A DNA stretch of 64,000 bases. Origin: a virus. Below are positions 39,140 through 49,380 of this stretch, piece by piece. A program made the position numbers and the translations under genes. How positions within the stretch are numbered: the stretch's first letter is position 1; every line of letters starts with the position of its first letter. Location: positions 34,739 to 98,738 of the IMG/VR virus record IMGVR_UViG_3300027714_000008. One strand, 5' to 3'. The notes under the pieces are model-generated. The model was given only the letters and a program-made list of their open reading frames with translations, was not told where the DNA came from and searched no databases.

Positions 39140-41113
39140 TTATAATTCATGTAAAATTAAATCACTAGAAGATAACACATTACCATTATATCTTGTTTCT
39201 ACTTCGCTTTTAAAATTACCATCAGTCACATCATAACTTTCGTTTAACATAGGGCTTATGATTATCAACTGACAACTTAATGGCACTTTAGGATCATAGC
39301 TATCATAGTCTAATATTATTTTCTGTGTAGTGGCTAAATCTTTTAAAAGATCAGCAAGCCAAAACGTTTTTTCAATATCTACAATACCAGACTCGTTTTG
39401 TATTTCCCATACAGCCGCACGTCCTTCTGACTTGTATTTATTAACACTATCTGACCACCCTTTTGATGCAACATCGTTTGGTCTTACATTGTAAAGACCT
39501 TCTATTACAACTATTCTATAATTATGCATCTCATTCTTAAATTGAGGGTCATTATACTTTTGTAATATATCAGCGTTCACTTGAAAATTTCTGGCTATCT
39601 GCGCTCTATCTTTTTTAGGAACTTGAGATATTATTCCAGTCGCACCTTTAGCACCAGTATATGTCGCCAAGGTTATTGATCCTGACAACTTAGTTTTATT
39701 ATTAATAATAGCATCGTTTTTTATAACTATCTCTGGTTGATAATTAACACTTGGATTAGTATCTGGCACAACAAAAGCAATGTTATTACCTCTTGATGCA
39801 CTGCCAGCAGAATTTCTACTAGTTCTTGGTGACGACTTTTTACTTTTAATCTCAACTAAATTTGGTGGGTTGGTTTTTGCATATGATGGAGATAAAATTC
39901 CAGACGCTATTGCTTGACCAATAAATGCTGTATTAGTTTTATTACTAGGAGTTCTTAGTGCCGCACGCACTTCTTGTATATTCAATTCTTTTGTAGAGAA
40001 GCCACCTGTAGCTTTTGTTTTATCTAATGCTCTTAATAGATGATCGTCAATATCTACTTTAACATCTACAGCACCTATTGTTGTGTTGAATAATAAATCA
40101 TTTACAATAGCCGTCGTCGGTGCAGCCGTTGTAGGAGTTGCTGTATCTGTGATAGCAGTACCACCTGATGTTGCAGTTGCGGCATACGATTGTGATCTTG
40201 CAATTTGTGCTATACCTTTTAACGATCCGTGGAATGTAGGTGCAGTAACTCCAGCTACAAACGTAGCTCCTTTGCCGTACATTGTAATATCCGTACCACC
40301 AATTGTTCCTGTTCCACCAAAGACTGATAGATTAGTTGCCGCAATGTTCATATTAGCAGACGATTGATGTAATCTAGTTCTAGCACTGATTTGCGTAACT
40401 GAGCCTGATGAAAGATGCATATCGCCTTGAGATGTAACTCTTGCAACACCTTTGATAACTTGTGTCATATCACCTAATACAGTGTTAGTCATTGATTTGA
40501 TAACAGTTTTAGATGCGTGTCCTTTTGTTATATGACCAGTGTTCTTTTCTACAATAGTTCTGGAAGAACCTTCTATATTCTCAATCTTATCTTCACCAAC
40601 AGTTAATTTATATTCACCATTGACTTTAACATTGTAATCACCAGCTATCTCCATATCTACGTTACCACCATATACTATTTTGGCGTCACCTAAGATAGTG
40701 ATATGTTGATCTTTTGATACTGATATAATTTGAGACCCCGAAGCGATTATCATTCTTCCGTCTTGGCGTATTTCAACACCATTACCTGAATTGTGCTTTA
40801 GTATTATTCTTTCGTTACCAGGAGTGTCGTCCATTTCAAAGCTATGACCAGTTGCAGTCGTGGTTGCTCTATTCAATGTTCTTTGAGATGGAACTGGATC
40901 AGAACTTATTAACTTATCAAATCCACCAACAAGGCTGAGACTTGTATAATCTGCACCAATAGAAACTCTTGGTGTCGTACCTGTATACCAATTTTTAAAC
41001 TGAGGGTATACGCCAGTGACGTCAGAATACAAATCTGTCTCTTTGCCCTGCTGAACTACAATAGGTCCTAGCCTTAGCTGTCTTTCGTTAAGATTATCAT
41101 TAGATGTTGTCAT
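39140..41113 (-). CDS. gp5 C-terminal-like spike (beta-helix) with extra domain
   Basis: GHSFEMDDTPGNERI..H.SG followed by VxG-type beta-helix repeats. Confidence 0.75.
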   Translation of the reverse strand: MTTSNDNLNERQLRLGPIVVQQGKETDLYSDVTGVYPQFKNWYTGTTPRVSIGADYTSLSLVGGFDKLISSDPVPSQRTLNRATTTATGHSFEMDDTPGNERIILKHNSGNGVEIRQDGRMIIASGSQIISVSKDQHITILGDAKIVYGGNVDMEIAGDYNVKVNGEYKLTVGEDKIENIEGSSRTIVEKNTGHITKGHASKTVIKSMTNTVLGDMTQVIKGVARVTSQGDMHLSSGSVTQISARTRLHQSSANMNIAATNLSVFGGTGTIGGTDITMYGKGATFVAGVTAPTFHGSLKGIAQIARSQSYAATATSGGTAITDTATPTTAAPTTAIVNDLLFNTTIGAVDVKVDIDDHLLRALDKTKATGGFSTKELNIQEVRAALRTPSNKTNTAFIGQAIASGILSPSYAKTNPPNLVEIKSKKSSPRTSRNSAGSASRGNNIAFVVPDTNPSVNYQPEIVIKNDAIINNKTKLSGSITLATYTGAKGATGIISQVPKKDRAQIARNFQVNADILQKYNDPQFKNEMHNYRIVVIEGLYNVRPNDVASKGWSDSVNKYKSEGRAAVWEIQNESGIVDIEKTFWLADLLKDLATTQKIILDYDSYDPKVPLSCQLIIISPMLNESYDVTDGNFKSEVETRYNGNVLSSSDLILHEL

Positions 41114-42678
41114 TAATTCTGTCTCGCTGTAATCAATGCAGACCTACTTAAAGGTCCTAGATTATTATTGTATTGTACTGCGTTTGATTTACTAAAGGTG
41201 TTTAGTATATATGCGTCAACGTCAAACCCAGGATCGATGTCGTTGTTTTCTGTACATTGATTATGACCTAATACTTGTCCACTCTGAAATACTTTATAGA
41301 ATATTCTTAGGAAATCTTTCTGTGCTTTCATTTGTGCCACTGTAATTGATTCTGATGATAAGAAAGACTCTGGGTTGTCTGTTCCTGATAGACAATTATA
41401 ACCTGCAACGTGGGCTATACCAATACTGTACTGGTTGTGTCCAAAGTCGTTTGCATGCGCACCTTCTATATTTAAAGGTCTGCCTCGTTGTATTGTTCCG
41501 TCTCTTTTAATTATATAGTGATAACCTAGTCCAGAAAATCCTGTACCTGTATGCCATTGATGAATATCTTCTGCACCAATGTGTGGTTGATCAATAAAAT
41601 TACCTGTCCAGTGAATTACTGTCTCAGTTATTTCTCTTGTACAATTAGAAAGTTCTGCCTCTAATTCATCTAAACTTGAAACTATACTAAACGAATAGCC
41701 TTTCTTATTAGATGCTGGACTTTTTATTACAGTCGAAGCACCTTGCCATTCACCATTTTGTGATCCAATAGTATAAACTGGTGCAGTAGAGATGCCAAGG
41801 TTTGCATAGACAGAGTTCAATTGATTTACTAAAGAGCCAACTGATGTGTCAATATTAGATAGTTCGGTTTCAATTTGAATTGCAGTTAAGTTAGAATAAC
41901 CATTTAATAGATTTGCGGCTGTAAGATAATCTTTTTTATCTAAGAGCGCAGACACTTGTTTCCTTGTCTCGTTAGGAACTATGATGCCTGTGTCTTGTGT
42001 TAGTTGACCTATTGCATATCCTATAGGATCTATTGTTGCACCTATTATATCTTTAATAGATTGATTAAACCCCTGATCAAAAAACTTAGTTAATCCAGAA
42101 GTGATATTATTAGTTGATGTCTCTAAATCTTTAAAAATGCCACTCGGTAAACCATCGACAGTGCTTGCAAATTGGCTTATAACTGAACTTGATGATAATG
42201 CTTTAGTAGCATTAGGTGCAACACTTTCCATTGCACTTGACAGTTTGTCTAATGCAAGACCCGATTGTTGTTGCAAAGCAGACGCAATAGCTTCTGGTGT
42301 GGGCATAGCTAAAACAGTGCTATTAATTCCTATCTTTATATCGTCTGAAAGTCCTGTGATAGTTTTTAAAGCATCACTTGAGCCACTAGCAAAATCATTC
42401 GTAAGATTTACACCTTGAGGATTTTCTTCAAGTAAAGCAACTCCTTTGTTAATAACAGTAGTATCTGCTTCAACTAATCCATCAATCTCTTGCGTCAATG
42501 CTTTCCAACCACCATGAATTTTACCAACAGTAAGCCCAACCTGTGTTGACTGTAAGGCAGTAAACTTTGATTGCGCAGATATAGCGGCAGTTTGAATCAC
42601 ATCAAAGTTATTTGTATTGGCTAAAGATTTGATTGTTTGATTTAAATTTTTTAAACTTACTGTAGGAGTAGTAACCAT
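41113..42678 (-). CDS. Baseplate protein with C-terminal N-acetylmuramoyl-L-alanine amidase (Amidase_2)
   Basis: VIHWT, GYHYIIKRDG..GRP..GAH, SIGI, GHN and DPGFDV motifs. Confidence 0.85.
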   Translation of the reverse strand: MVTTPTVSLKNLNQTIKSLANTNNFDVIQTAAISAQSKFTALQSTQVGLTVGKIHGGWKALTQEIDGLVEADTTVINKGVALLEENPQGVNLTNDFASGSSDALKTITGLSDDIKIGINSTVLAMPTPEAIASALQQQSGLALDKLSSAMESVAPNATKALSSSSVISQFASTVDGLPSGIFKDLETSTNNITSGLTKFFDQGFNQSIKDIIGATIDPIGYAIGQLTQDTGIIVPNETRKQVSALLDKKDYLTAANLLNGYSNLTAIQIETELSNIDTSVGSLVNQLNSVYANLGISTAPVYTIGSQNGEWQGASTVIKSPASNKKGYSFSIVSSLDELEAELSNCTREITETVIHWTGNFIDQPHIGAEDIHQWHTGTGFSGLGYHYIIKRDGTIQRGRPLNIEGAHANDFGHNQYSIGIAHVAGYNCLSGTDNPESFLSSESITVAQMKAQKDFLRIFYKVFQSGQVLGHNQCTENNDIDPGFDVDAYILNTFSKSNAVQYNNNLGPLSRSALITARQN

Positions 42679-43511
42679 TATTTGAACCTCTTAAAGATTT
42701 CGCGTGCAAGTTCAATTCTTTTATCTCTTGCAGAACCATCGCTTCTTTCATAATATTTATCTACTGTGATTGCGGCGTTATCGACACCACTAGATGCTCT
42801 TATTTTAGACAAAGCCCTTTTCTCTTTTCCTACAAGCTCATACAGTACAAATGAAAGCTGTGTTGATAACAAATCTTTTGATTTATTGATTTCGTGAGAA
42901 TAGTTTATAAGATCAGTATATCTAGTATCTCTCCACTGTGCTATACCATAGGCTTCTTTACCTTCATCACTTGGATTAAATGCAGTCGGACTAATAGAGA
43001 CACCTGATTCTGCCGCAAAGTTACCTACAAGTCCAGCAGCTTGTTCTAAAGTAAACCCTCGGTCTGTAAAAAAGTTAAAACTTTTCTCTGCATTTGTACT
43101 ACCTTCTAAGTCACTAACCAATGATTCACCAGATAATCCAGGCGGTCTTAAAGGTGGCAATTGGTATGTTTCGCCAGAAAAAACTGATTCGCATTCACTA
43201 GACGGACGCATTATAGAAGGAATAGTACCTAAGACTAATGGTACTTGTGAATCTGTGCCGTCTAAGAACACACCAAATACTTGTGCGCCAGTTTCCAACA
43301 TAGTGTTTGATCCATGACCACCAAATCCAGGTTCTGTTGTGGGAACTACAACTGATGCCCAAGGAAGATCAGAATTTTTTATGTCCTTACTGTGAATACC
43401 AGTAATTCTAATTTGAACTCTGCCTAAAGATAAAAAAACATCATTGTTATTAACAATAGTCCCAAAAAAGAACCTATTAATATCATCTCCGTAAAAACTA
43501 TCGCACGTCAT
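42678..43511 (-). CDS. gp5 N-terminal OB-fold fused to a tail lysozyme domain
   Basis: LGRVQIRITGIH..LPWA..VFGVFLDG..Q.PLVLG, then AAGLVGNFAAES, YGIAQW and YER; ATGA-coupled start at 43511. Confidence 0.85.
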   Translation of the reverse strand: MTCDSFYGDDINRFFFGTIVNNNDVFLSLGRVQIRITGIHSKDIKNSDLPWASVVVPTTEPGFGGHGSNTMLETGAQVFGVFLDGTDSQVPLVLGTIPSIMRPSSECESVFSGETYQLPPLRPPGLSGESLVSDLEGSTNAEKSFNFFTDRGFTLEQAAGLVGNFAAESGVSISPTAFNPSDEGKEAYGIAQWRDTRYTDLINYSHEINKSKDLLSTQLSFVLYELVGKEKRALSKIRASSGVDNAAITVDKYYERSDGSARDKRIELAREIFKRFK

Positions 43512-44872
43512 TTTATATTTGTTTCCCTTGGAAGATCGGCTAGTTTTACACAACTAGCAATTACATCATATCTCTCATTCTTAAATGAATGTCTGACTGC
43601 ATACATTAGATAATCACCAGACTTTTTCTGATCTTCTAAGCTTTCTTCTTCTCTGCTAGGGTTAACTGCCGTGTCTAAAAACTTTAATGTTATTTGATTG
43701 CCTATAGTGTTACTATATGCACCATTGAGAAAGTTTCTTCCTGGTAATATAACTTCAATTGCATTTCTTATAATAGTTTCTCTCAACGCCTCGTTTGTCA
43801 CCTTTAACTTGTGTTGTGATAAATCGACTGCTTCTGAATAACTATTCTTAGAATTGTATACATCTGACATCACAACCTTAGTAACGACTCTGGATTTTAA
43901 TTGTGCGACTGGTATTTCATTTAACTTGTAGTTATTTGAATACGTCAACACATTTTGATTTTTTGCTATGATTTGATTAGACTTTAGTACTTGTAAAGTA
44001 TCGTCTAGGTTGTGTGTCACACCACCATTTTTAATTTCAGAACCAATAGTAGGATCATAGAACTTGTACTGTGCGCCGACTAAACCCTTTTGTATTAAAC
44101 TAACAATCTCGTCATTACTCTTTGAAGTGTAGCTTTGAATTAATTGTGCTTGTTCTTCTATGCCTTTTGAAGCCGCAATTGATGTTGTAATTTGTGAATA
44201 GACGTATGGCACAGGATCAGGATTAGTTGATAGCATCAAGTTTAAAGGTATTATATGTAGTTTATCATTAGCCAAAGTCGAAAAGAAGTAATATGGAACA
44301 CCATCAATAGTAGTTGCTCTTTCATTTACCCATCTTGCCGCTTGTAGAGGCGTCATGTTTGGTATTAGAACCTTTATAGGCGATTGAGCGTCAGCTTGTA
44401 CAGGACCAGAGAAGTCTTTACCTAGATTGTCACGAATGATGTTCTGGACTATATCAACTGGTTTACCTTGGTACGCCTTGTTTACATTAATCAATGTAGA
44501 ATTAAACGCATGGACTTCTACTATACGAATTAAGACTGCTGAAGTTCTATCATTGCTTCTTACGTTTTTGATTGTGTCCTCAATGACAAACTTTTTTGTT
44601 ATTGCTACTGCTTCTTCGTCTGGCAACTTAAACGTCAATTCTATAAACTCTGCACCAGAAAATCCAATGTAGTTGTATACATTTGCGTCATCAATAAACA
44701 ATATTTCGCCTGTAATGTACGGCTTATCTAAATGTTCATATATGTCAATATCAGTAATGATGTTTTTAATATCAACTGTAGTATTGCTTGTATCAACAGA
44801 AGACGTTATGATTGCAGATTGCAATACATAGTCGTGAGCACTCATTGCTTTATTTTTAGTTGTTGCGTTCAT
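43508..44872 (-). CDS. Baseplate hub protein (gp27-like)
   Basis: IDIYEHL.KPYITG, IPNMTPL and SGDYLMYAVRH motifs; lies between g53 and g5. Confidence 0.65.
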   Translation of the reverse strand: MNATTKNKAMSAHDYVLQSAIITSSVDTSNTTVDIKNIITDIDIYEHLDKPYITGEILFIDDANVYNYIGFSGAEFIELTFKLPDEEAVAITKKFVIEDTIKNVRSNDRTSAVLIRIVEVHAFNSTLINVNKAYQGKPVDIVQNIIRDNLGKDFSGPVQADAQSPIKVLIPNMTPLQAARWVNERATTIDGVPYYFFSTLANDKLHIIPLNLMLSTNPDPVPYVYSQITTSIAASKGIEEQAQLIQSYTSKSNDEIVSLIQKGLVGAQYKFYDPTIGSEIKNGGVTHNLDDTLQVLKSNQIIAKNQNVLTYSNNYKLNEIPVAQLKSRVVTKVVMSDVYNSKNSYSEAVDLSQHKLKVTNEALRETIIRNAIEVILPGRNFLNGAYSNTIGNQITLKFLDTAVNPSREEESLEDQKKSGDYLMYAVRHSFKNERYDVIASCVKLADLPRETNIK

Positions 44873-45609
44873 TAGGTGGATCTAACAGAATCTTGATACG
44901 CTTTAACGACTTGCCCAATTGCATTAGGCTTAATGATTTTTAATTGTCTTAAAGTGTCGTTATCTTTTTGATACCTTTCAAGGTATGTGACAGGAGTTAA
45001 TAATGCACTGACTGCTGAATGTGGATCAACGTCTGTACGTTCATTTGCTCCATTTACATAATGATGTGGTGCAAGATGTTCTAAAGTAGATCCAGATAGT
45101 TGAATAGTTTCTGGGAATTCAACATCACTGTTATCTCTGACCAATTCTGTACTAGTGAATGATTCCGTACTTGTAGTCCTAATAACTAATTGACCTAAAT
45201 CCAAGTTTCTTTTTATGATAACACCAGTTGCACCAGATGTCTGACCGACTAATGCGTCTCCCACTTGAAAATGAATAAAAAGCTCTGTACTATTACGAGT
45301 AGTCAAAATAGTGTTAGGATAATCTTTAATTGCTTTTGCTCTAATCTCTTGTACTGTCAAAGGCCAACCACGCTCTCGTAGGTTGTCATTCAATAAATAC
45401 AAAGTCCAGTAATATTTTACAGTGGCATAAATATCTTGTGAAACAGTATCAGGTCTTTCACCATCTTGAATATTGTAATACTCATAAAAGTTAACATTGT
45501 CTTTTATCTGATCTATAATATCTACATACACAGACAAATTTTGAATAGCAGTTTGTGATTTTTCGTTTCCAAATTTGTATAATGATATGGGGTGATTTGT
45601 AAAATACAT
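44872..45609 (-). CDS. g53: Baseplate wedge gp53
   Basis: YNIQDGERPDTVS..Y...YYW..N...WP motif. Confidence 0.88.
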   Translation of the reverse strand: MYFTNHPISLYKFGNEKSQTAIQNLSVYVDIIDQIKDNVNFYEYYNIQDGERPDTVSQDIYATVKYYWTLYLLNDNLRERGWPLTVQEIRAKAIKDYPNTILTTRNSTELFIHFQVGDALVGQTSGATGVIIKRNLDLGQLVIRTTSTESFTSTELVRDNSDVEFPETIQLSGSTLEHLAPHHYVNGANERTDVDPHSAVSALLTPVTYLERYQKDNDTLRQLKIIKPNAIGQVVKAYQDSVRST

Positions 45610-45611
45610 TA

Positions 45612-46622
45612 TTAATATCCAGCTGTTATATCGTTGCGAGTAAGAGTTCTTTCTTCTCCAAATGATAATGTTATATCAACTTCTGATGGTTTTCCATCTT
45701 CATGCCAACTCATAGATTGTGGGTTATACACTGATTGAAATCCACGAAGTACACTAGTAAGAATTTTAGTACCTACTGGCTGATCATTGTATCTCATTGT
45801 AATATCAAACTTGTCAGGAAACTTATAACCAATAGGAACGTTTAGACCACCTGCTTCTTGTGCATCAAAATCAATATCAATTGTTTCTGGATACATAGTT
45901 GTACGGAAGAATTTTATTATATTTTCAATCTCTATTGCTTCTCTTTGAGATGTGGCTATTAATTTAAAAGTAAACGAGAACTCTCTTAGTGCAACAGATT
46001 TAAATAGGTTGATAGTGTTAGGGTTTACTGTCACTGCTAAAGCATTTGTAACGGCACCACCAGCTATAGCACTTTTTTGTGCTAATCTAGTTGCCGCTAA
46101 TCTTGCCGCCGCTTGATCAGCAATACCACCTTTTAACAAGTTTATTGTACTACCTGTTGCTTGACCAACACCTCTTGCTAATGAACTTACCGCACCAAGA
46201 CCAGATTTAATACCAGCAGAAGCAATACCGCCTATTGCACCAAGTTCCATATTCTCATATGATACCTGATCGTCAAACCTAAGACTTGATGGAAGATATA
46301 GTATAACACCAGTATCATACTGGGGTATTGATTTGGCTGATGAGACAATCGGTTGTAGGTCATTTGGAGAACCTAATCCTACACTTGTATCAAATTCACT
46401 TGCTCTTGCAATTTCACGTTGCGTTTCTAAATATGCCGTTGTAGCAGAGTTTACCAACTGTGATAATACACCAGCCCCATTTTCTCTCCTAAAGGCGGCA
46501 CCTATATTAGCACCAGATATTTCAGGTGCCGTGTACACAACTGGTGTGAATCGAATGGTGCCTTTGTAATCATCTCTTTTATGAAATGGAAAAGTATAAG
46601 GACTTGCATTGGCGTTTGTCAT
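45612..46622 (-). CDS. g48: Baseplate tail tube cap gp48
   Basis: ILYLP, VNPN..LFKSVALREFSFTFKL and ITLSFGE motifs. Confidence 0.8.
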   Translation of the reverse strand: MTNANASPYTFPFHKRDDYKGTIRFTPVVYTAPEISGANIGAAFRRENGAGVLSQLVNSATTAYLETQREIARASEFDTSVGLGSPNDLQPIVSSAKSIPQYDTGVILYLPSSLRFDDQVSYENMELGAIGGIASAGIKSGLGAVSSLARGVGQATGSTINLLKGGIADQAAARLAATRLAQKSAIAGGAVTNALAVTVNPNTINLFKSVALREFSFTFKLIATSQREAIEIENIIKFFRTTMYPETIDIDFDAQEAGGLNVPIGYKFPDKFDITMRYNDQPVGTKILTSVLRGFQSVYNPQSMSWHEDGKPSEVDITLSFGEERTLTRNDITAGY

Positions 46623-46659
46623 GTTTTTAACCTGATAAATAAAAAGGAATTATATAAGA

Positions 46660-46667
46660 TATTTATA
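46660..46667 (-). promoter_or_regulatory. Late promoter for g48 in the divergent g48/g4 gap
   Basis: TATAAATA on the minus strand; a GATAAATA variant lies on the plus strand at 46634. Confidence 0.7.
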
Positions 46668-46674
46668 CACTAAA

Positions 46675-47169
46675 ATGGCATACTCTGGAAAGTATATAGT
46701 TAAAAACCCATCTAAGTACAAAGGTGACCATACACGTGTCACTTATCGTTCTTTATGGGAAAGAAACTCATTCGCTTGGTGCGAAAACAACCCTAATATA
46801 AAAGATTGGTCTTCTGAGGAAACAGTGATACCATATTACTATGATGTTGATAAAAAGTACCATAGATACTTCATGGATCTTAAGATTACTTATACTAATG
46901 GTAAAACATGTTTAGTTGAGATTAAACCAGACAAAGAAACTAAACCGCCTAAAAGACCTGACAAGACAAGACGTTACTTGAATGAATCATTGACTTATAT
47001 TAAGAATATGAATAAGTGGGACGCCGCAAGAGAATACGCCAAGGATCGTAATTGGGGTTTTGAGATATGGACTGAGGACACCTTGACTCAAATGGGGATA
47101 TTAAAAAAAGCCTTAAAGCCATTGAAACCTCTTAGAAAACCTAAGAAAAAACCTAAGAAAAAGGTATAA
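46675..47169 (+). CDS. g4: Head completion nuclease gp4
   Basis: YSGKY..NPSKYKGD..YRSLWE, WSSE, HRYFMD and VEIKP motifs. Confidence 0.95.
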   Translation: MAYSGKYIVKNPSKYKGDHTRVTYRSLWERNSFAWCENNPNIKDWSSEETVIPYYYDVDKKYHRYFMDLKITYTNGKTCLVEIKPDKETKPPKRPDKTRRYLNESLTYIKNMNKWDAAREYAKDRNWGFEIWTEDTLTQMGILKKALKPLKPLRKPKKKPKKKV

Positions 47170-47172
47170 ATA
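47165..47172 (+). promoter_or_regulatory. Late promoter TATAAATA
   Basis: Exact motif at the g4/g2 junction. Confidence 0.65.
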
Positions 47173-47177
47173 ACTAC

Positions 47178-47768
47178 ATGAGTAATATTTTTAAAAACAT
47201 GGAATTAGAAGCCTTTCGTAACGGAATTCAGCCGCGTACTAAACAGTCGCGTGAATGGTTTCGTAAGAAGGCTGTTGCAATGGGTAAAGTCAATCGTGCA
47301 ACTCTAATGAAAGAAGACCCTATCGTTCTAAAGAATAGAACAGTGCTTGGATCTATGTGTATGTTTTTCTATGACCCAAAAGGTAAAGACACTTTACCAT
47401 TCTATGATTCATTCCCTTTAGTTATCGTTTTAGGTCCTGCCAAAGGTGGTTTTATGGGATTGAACTTACACTACCTACCATTAGTTCTACGAGCAAAGTT
47501 TTTAGACAATTTACTTGATGTGACAAGCAATAAAAAATATAATAGAAGCACTCGATTTGATGTGACGTATGATCTTTTACAAGGTGCGGCAAAGTTTAAA
47601 GAGTTTAAACCATGTCTAAAGCATTACTTGTCTAGTCAAGTAAGAAGTAAGTTTGCATTTGTAGAAGCACCTGAGTGGGAAATTGCCGCTTTCTTACCAA
47701 CAGCCGATTTCCAGAAAGCGTCTGCAACTAAAGTCCATGCAGATTCAAGAAGAAAGATTAATAAATGA
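47178..47768 (+). CDS. g2: DNA end protector gp2
   Basis: YDPKGKDTLPFYDSFPL, GLNLHYLP and CLKHYL motifs. Confidence 0.93.
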   Translation: MSNIFKNMELEAFRNGIQPRTKQSREWFRKKAVAMGKVNRATLMKEDPIVLKNRTVLGSMCMFFYDPKGKDTLPFYDSFPLVIVLGPAKGGFMGLNLHYLPLVLRAKFLDNLLDVTSNKKYNRSTRFDVTYDLLQGAAKFKEFKPCLKHYLSSQVRSKFAFVEAPEWEIAAFLPTADFQKASATKVHADSRRKINK

Positions 47769-48472
47769 CATATAGTGTAGATCAATTAAAAGGATTGATG
47801 TCTAGTAAAGGTGGCATTGCAATGGGCAATGTCTACAGAGTTATACTTCCGTCACTTCCCGGTGCGACTTCTACAGATGTAAATTTGTTATGCTCAAGAG
47901 TAAATATTCCAGGCAAACAGGTTGTTACGTATGATCGAGAAATTGGTCACAAGATGGAAAAAATTGCATACAGACAATTGTATGAAGATGTTACTATGAC
48001 TTTCTTCTTACTGAATGATTATGGTGTGCGTAACTATTTTGATACTTGGACAGACGCAATCGTAGATCAAGACTCTTATCAGATAAAGTATAAGAACACA
48101 TATACAAAACAGATTAAGATACAGCAATTAAAGAAAGGTATTGGTTTTCCTGTGTATTCTACACCATTGGGACTGCCTTTGTTACCAGCAGAAATACAGA
48201 ACAGACTTCCAAGTATAGGTGGATTTGATCTTGCACAAGGAACATTCGACTTAGATTTCATTACGGACGATAAAGTAGTGTATGAAGTTTCTTTAGAGGA
48301 AGCTTTTCCTACTACTATAACAGGTGTAGAACTCGGTAATGCTAATGGTGAGATACTTGAGTTTAACGTCACTTTCTCGTACACTAAATACAATATAACA
48401 AAGAGCAGACAAGCAACACCTAACAGTGATTTTATAACGTCACAACTTGGCACATTATTAACTAATATATGA
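47765..48472 (+). CDS. Baseplate tail tube initiator (gp54-like)
   Basis: Tube-like motifs LCSRVNIPG, YFDTW, EAFP and FNVTFSY. Confidence 0.7.
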   Translation: MTYSVDQLKGLMSSKGGIAMGNVYRVILPSLPGATSTDVNLLCSRVNIPGKQVVTYDREIGHKMEKIAYRQLYEDVTMTFFLLNDYGVRNYFDTWTDAIVDQDSYQIKYKNTYTKQIKIQQLKKGIGFPVYSTPLGLPLLPAEIQNRLPSIGGFDLAQGTFDLDFITDDKVVYEVSLEEAFPTTITGVELGNANGEILEFNVTFSYTKYNITKSRQATPNSDFITSQLGTLLTNI

Positions 48473-48483
48473 GGACTACCTGA

Positions 48484-49197
48484 ATGGCACTACCAAAACT
48501 GAATGATACTCCAAAGCACGAACTTGTTATACCTTCAAGCAACCAAAAAATTAGATATAGACCTTACTTGGTGAAAGAAGAAAAGGTTATGATGATGGCT
48601 ATGGAATCACAAGACATGACGGCAATTCTTAATGCCGTGGCTGATACAGTCGATGCTTGTATTGAGAATGACATTAGTACGAAAGAGTTGGCTATATTCG
48701 ACATTGAATATTTGTTCACACAGATACGAGCAAAGTCTGTTGGCGAAAGTAGCAAAATAAACCTTAAATGTTCTAATAAAGAATGTGAAGTTGATAACGA
48801 GATTGATGTAGATATTTCAAGTATCACGATCGATGTTCCTGATATTGATCATGTCATTAAGATTACTGATGAAATTAGTATAGAAATGAAATGGCCTTCG
48901 TATTCTGATATGTTAGAGTTGGGTATCACAGATGCACAATCAGCTAACGAAGGTGCGTTTGCAATGATTGCTAAATGTATTAGTGCAATCGTCACAGAAG
49001 AAGAAAGAATTGTGACATCTGATGTACCAAAAAAAGAAGTGTCAGACTTTATTGACTCTATGACTAAAGACCAGTTTTCTAAAGTAAGTGCCTACATTGA
49101 ATCTATGCCTAAACTATCTCACACAGTCAATTTCGATTGTAACAAATGTAAACATGCCAACGAAATTGTTTTAGAAGGTCTGGCAGATTTTTTTTAA
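48484..49197 (+). CDS. g26: Baseplate hub assembly protein gp26
   Basis: MALPKL, YRPYLVKEEK, FDIEYLF.QIRAKSVGE and LEGLADFF motifs. Confidence 0.9.
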   Translation: MALPKLNDTPKHELVIPSSNQKIRYRPYLVKEEKVMMMAMESQDMTAILNAVADTVDACIENDISTKELAIFDIEYLFTQIRAKSVGESSKINLKCSNKECEVDNEIDVDISSITIDVPDIDHVIKITDEISIEMKWPSYSDMLELGITDAQSANEGAFAMIAKCISAIVTEEERIVTSDVPKKEVSDFIDSMTKDQFSKVSAYIESMPKLSHTVNFDCNKCKHANEIVLEGLADFF

Positions 49198-49379
49198 TAT
49201 GCCTTTCTCACGACAACTTGGTGAATTATTACGGAACAAACTTTCAATTGATGCAACATCATAGTTACTCATTGACTGAAATAGAACTAATGATTCCGTG
49301 GGAAAGAGAAGTCTACTTGAATATGTTAATGGATTATTTGAAAGAAGAAAAAGAAGCAGAAAGACAAAGGAACGCCTAA
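49188..49379 (+). CDS. gp51-like hub assembly segment in the -1 frame of g26 (start uncertain)
   Basis: Frame reads LSHDNLVNYYGTNFQLMQHHSYSLTEIELMIPWEREVY; absent from the ORF track. Confidence 0.8.
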   Translation, partial: FFLICLSHDNLVNYYGTNFQLMQHHSYSLTEIELMIPWEREVYLNMLMDYLKEEKEAERQRNA

Positions 49380-49380
49380 C

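Noticed and set aside
3826-46569. Many plus-strand ORFs antisense to structural genes
   Set aside because: They are shadow ORFs from codon bias, fully nested opposite well-supported genes and lacking RBSs.
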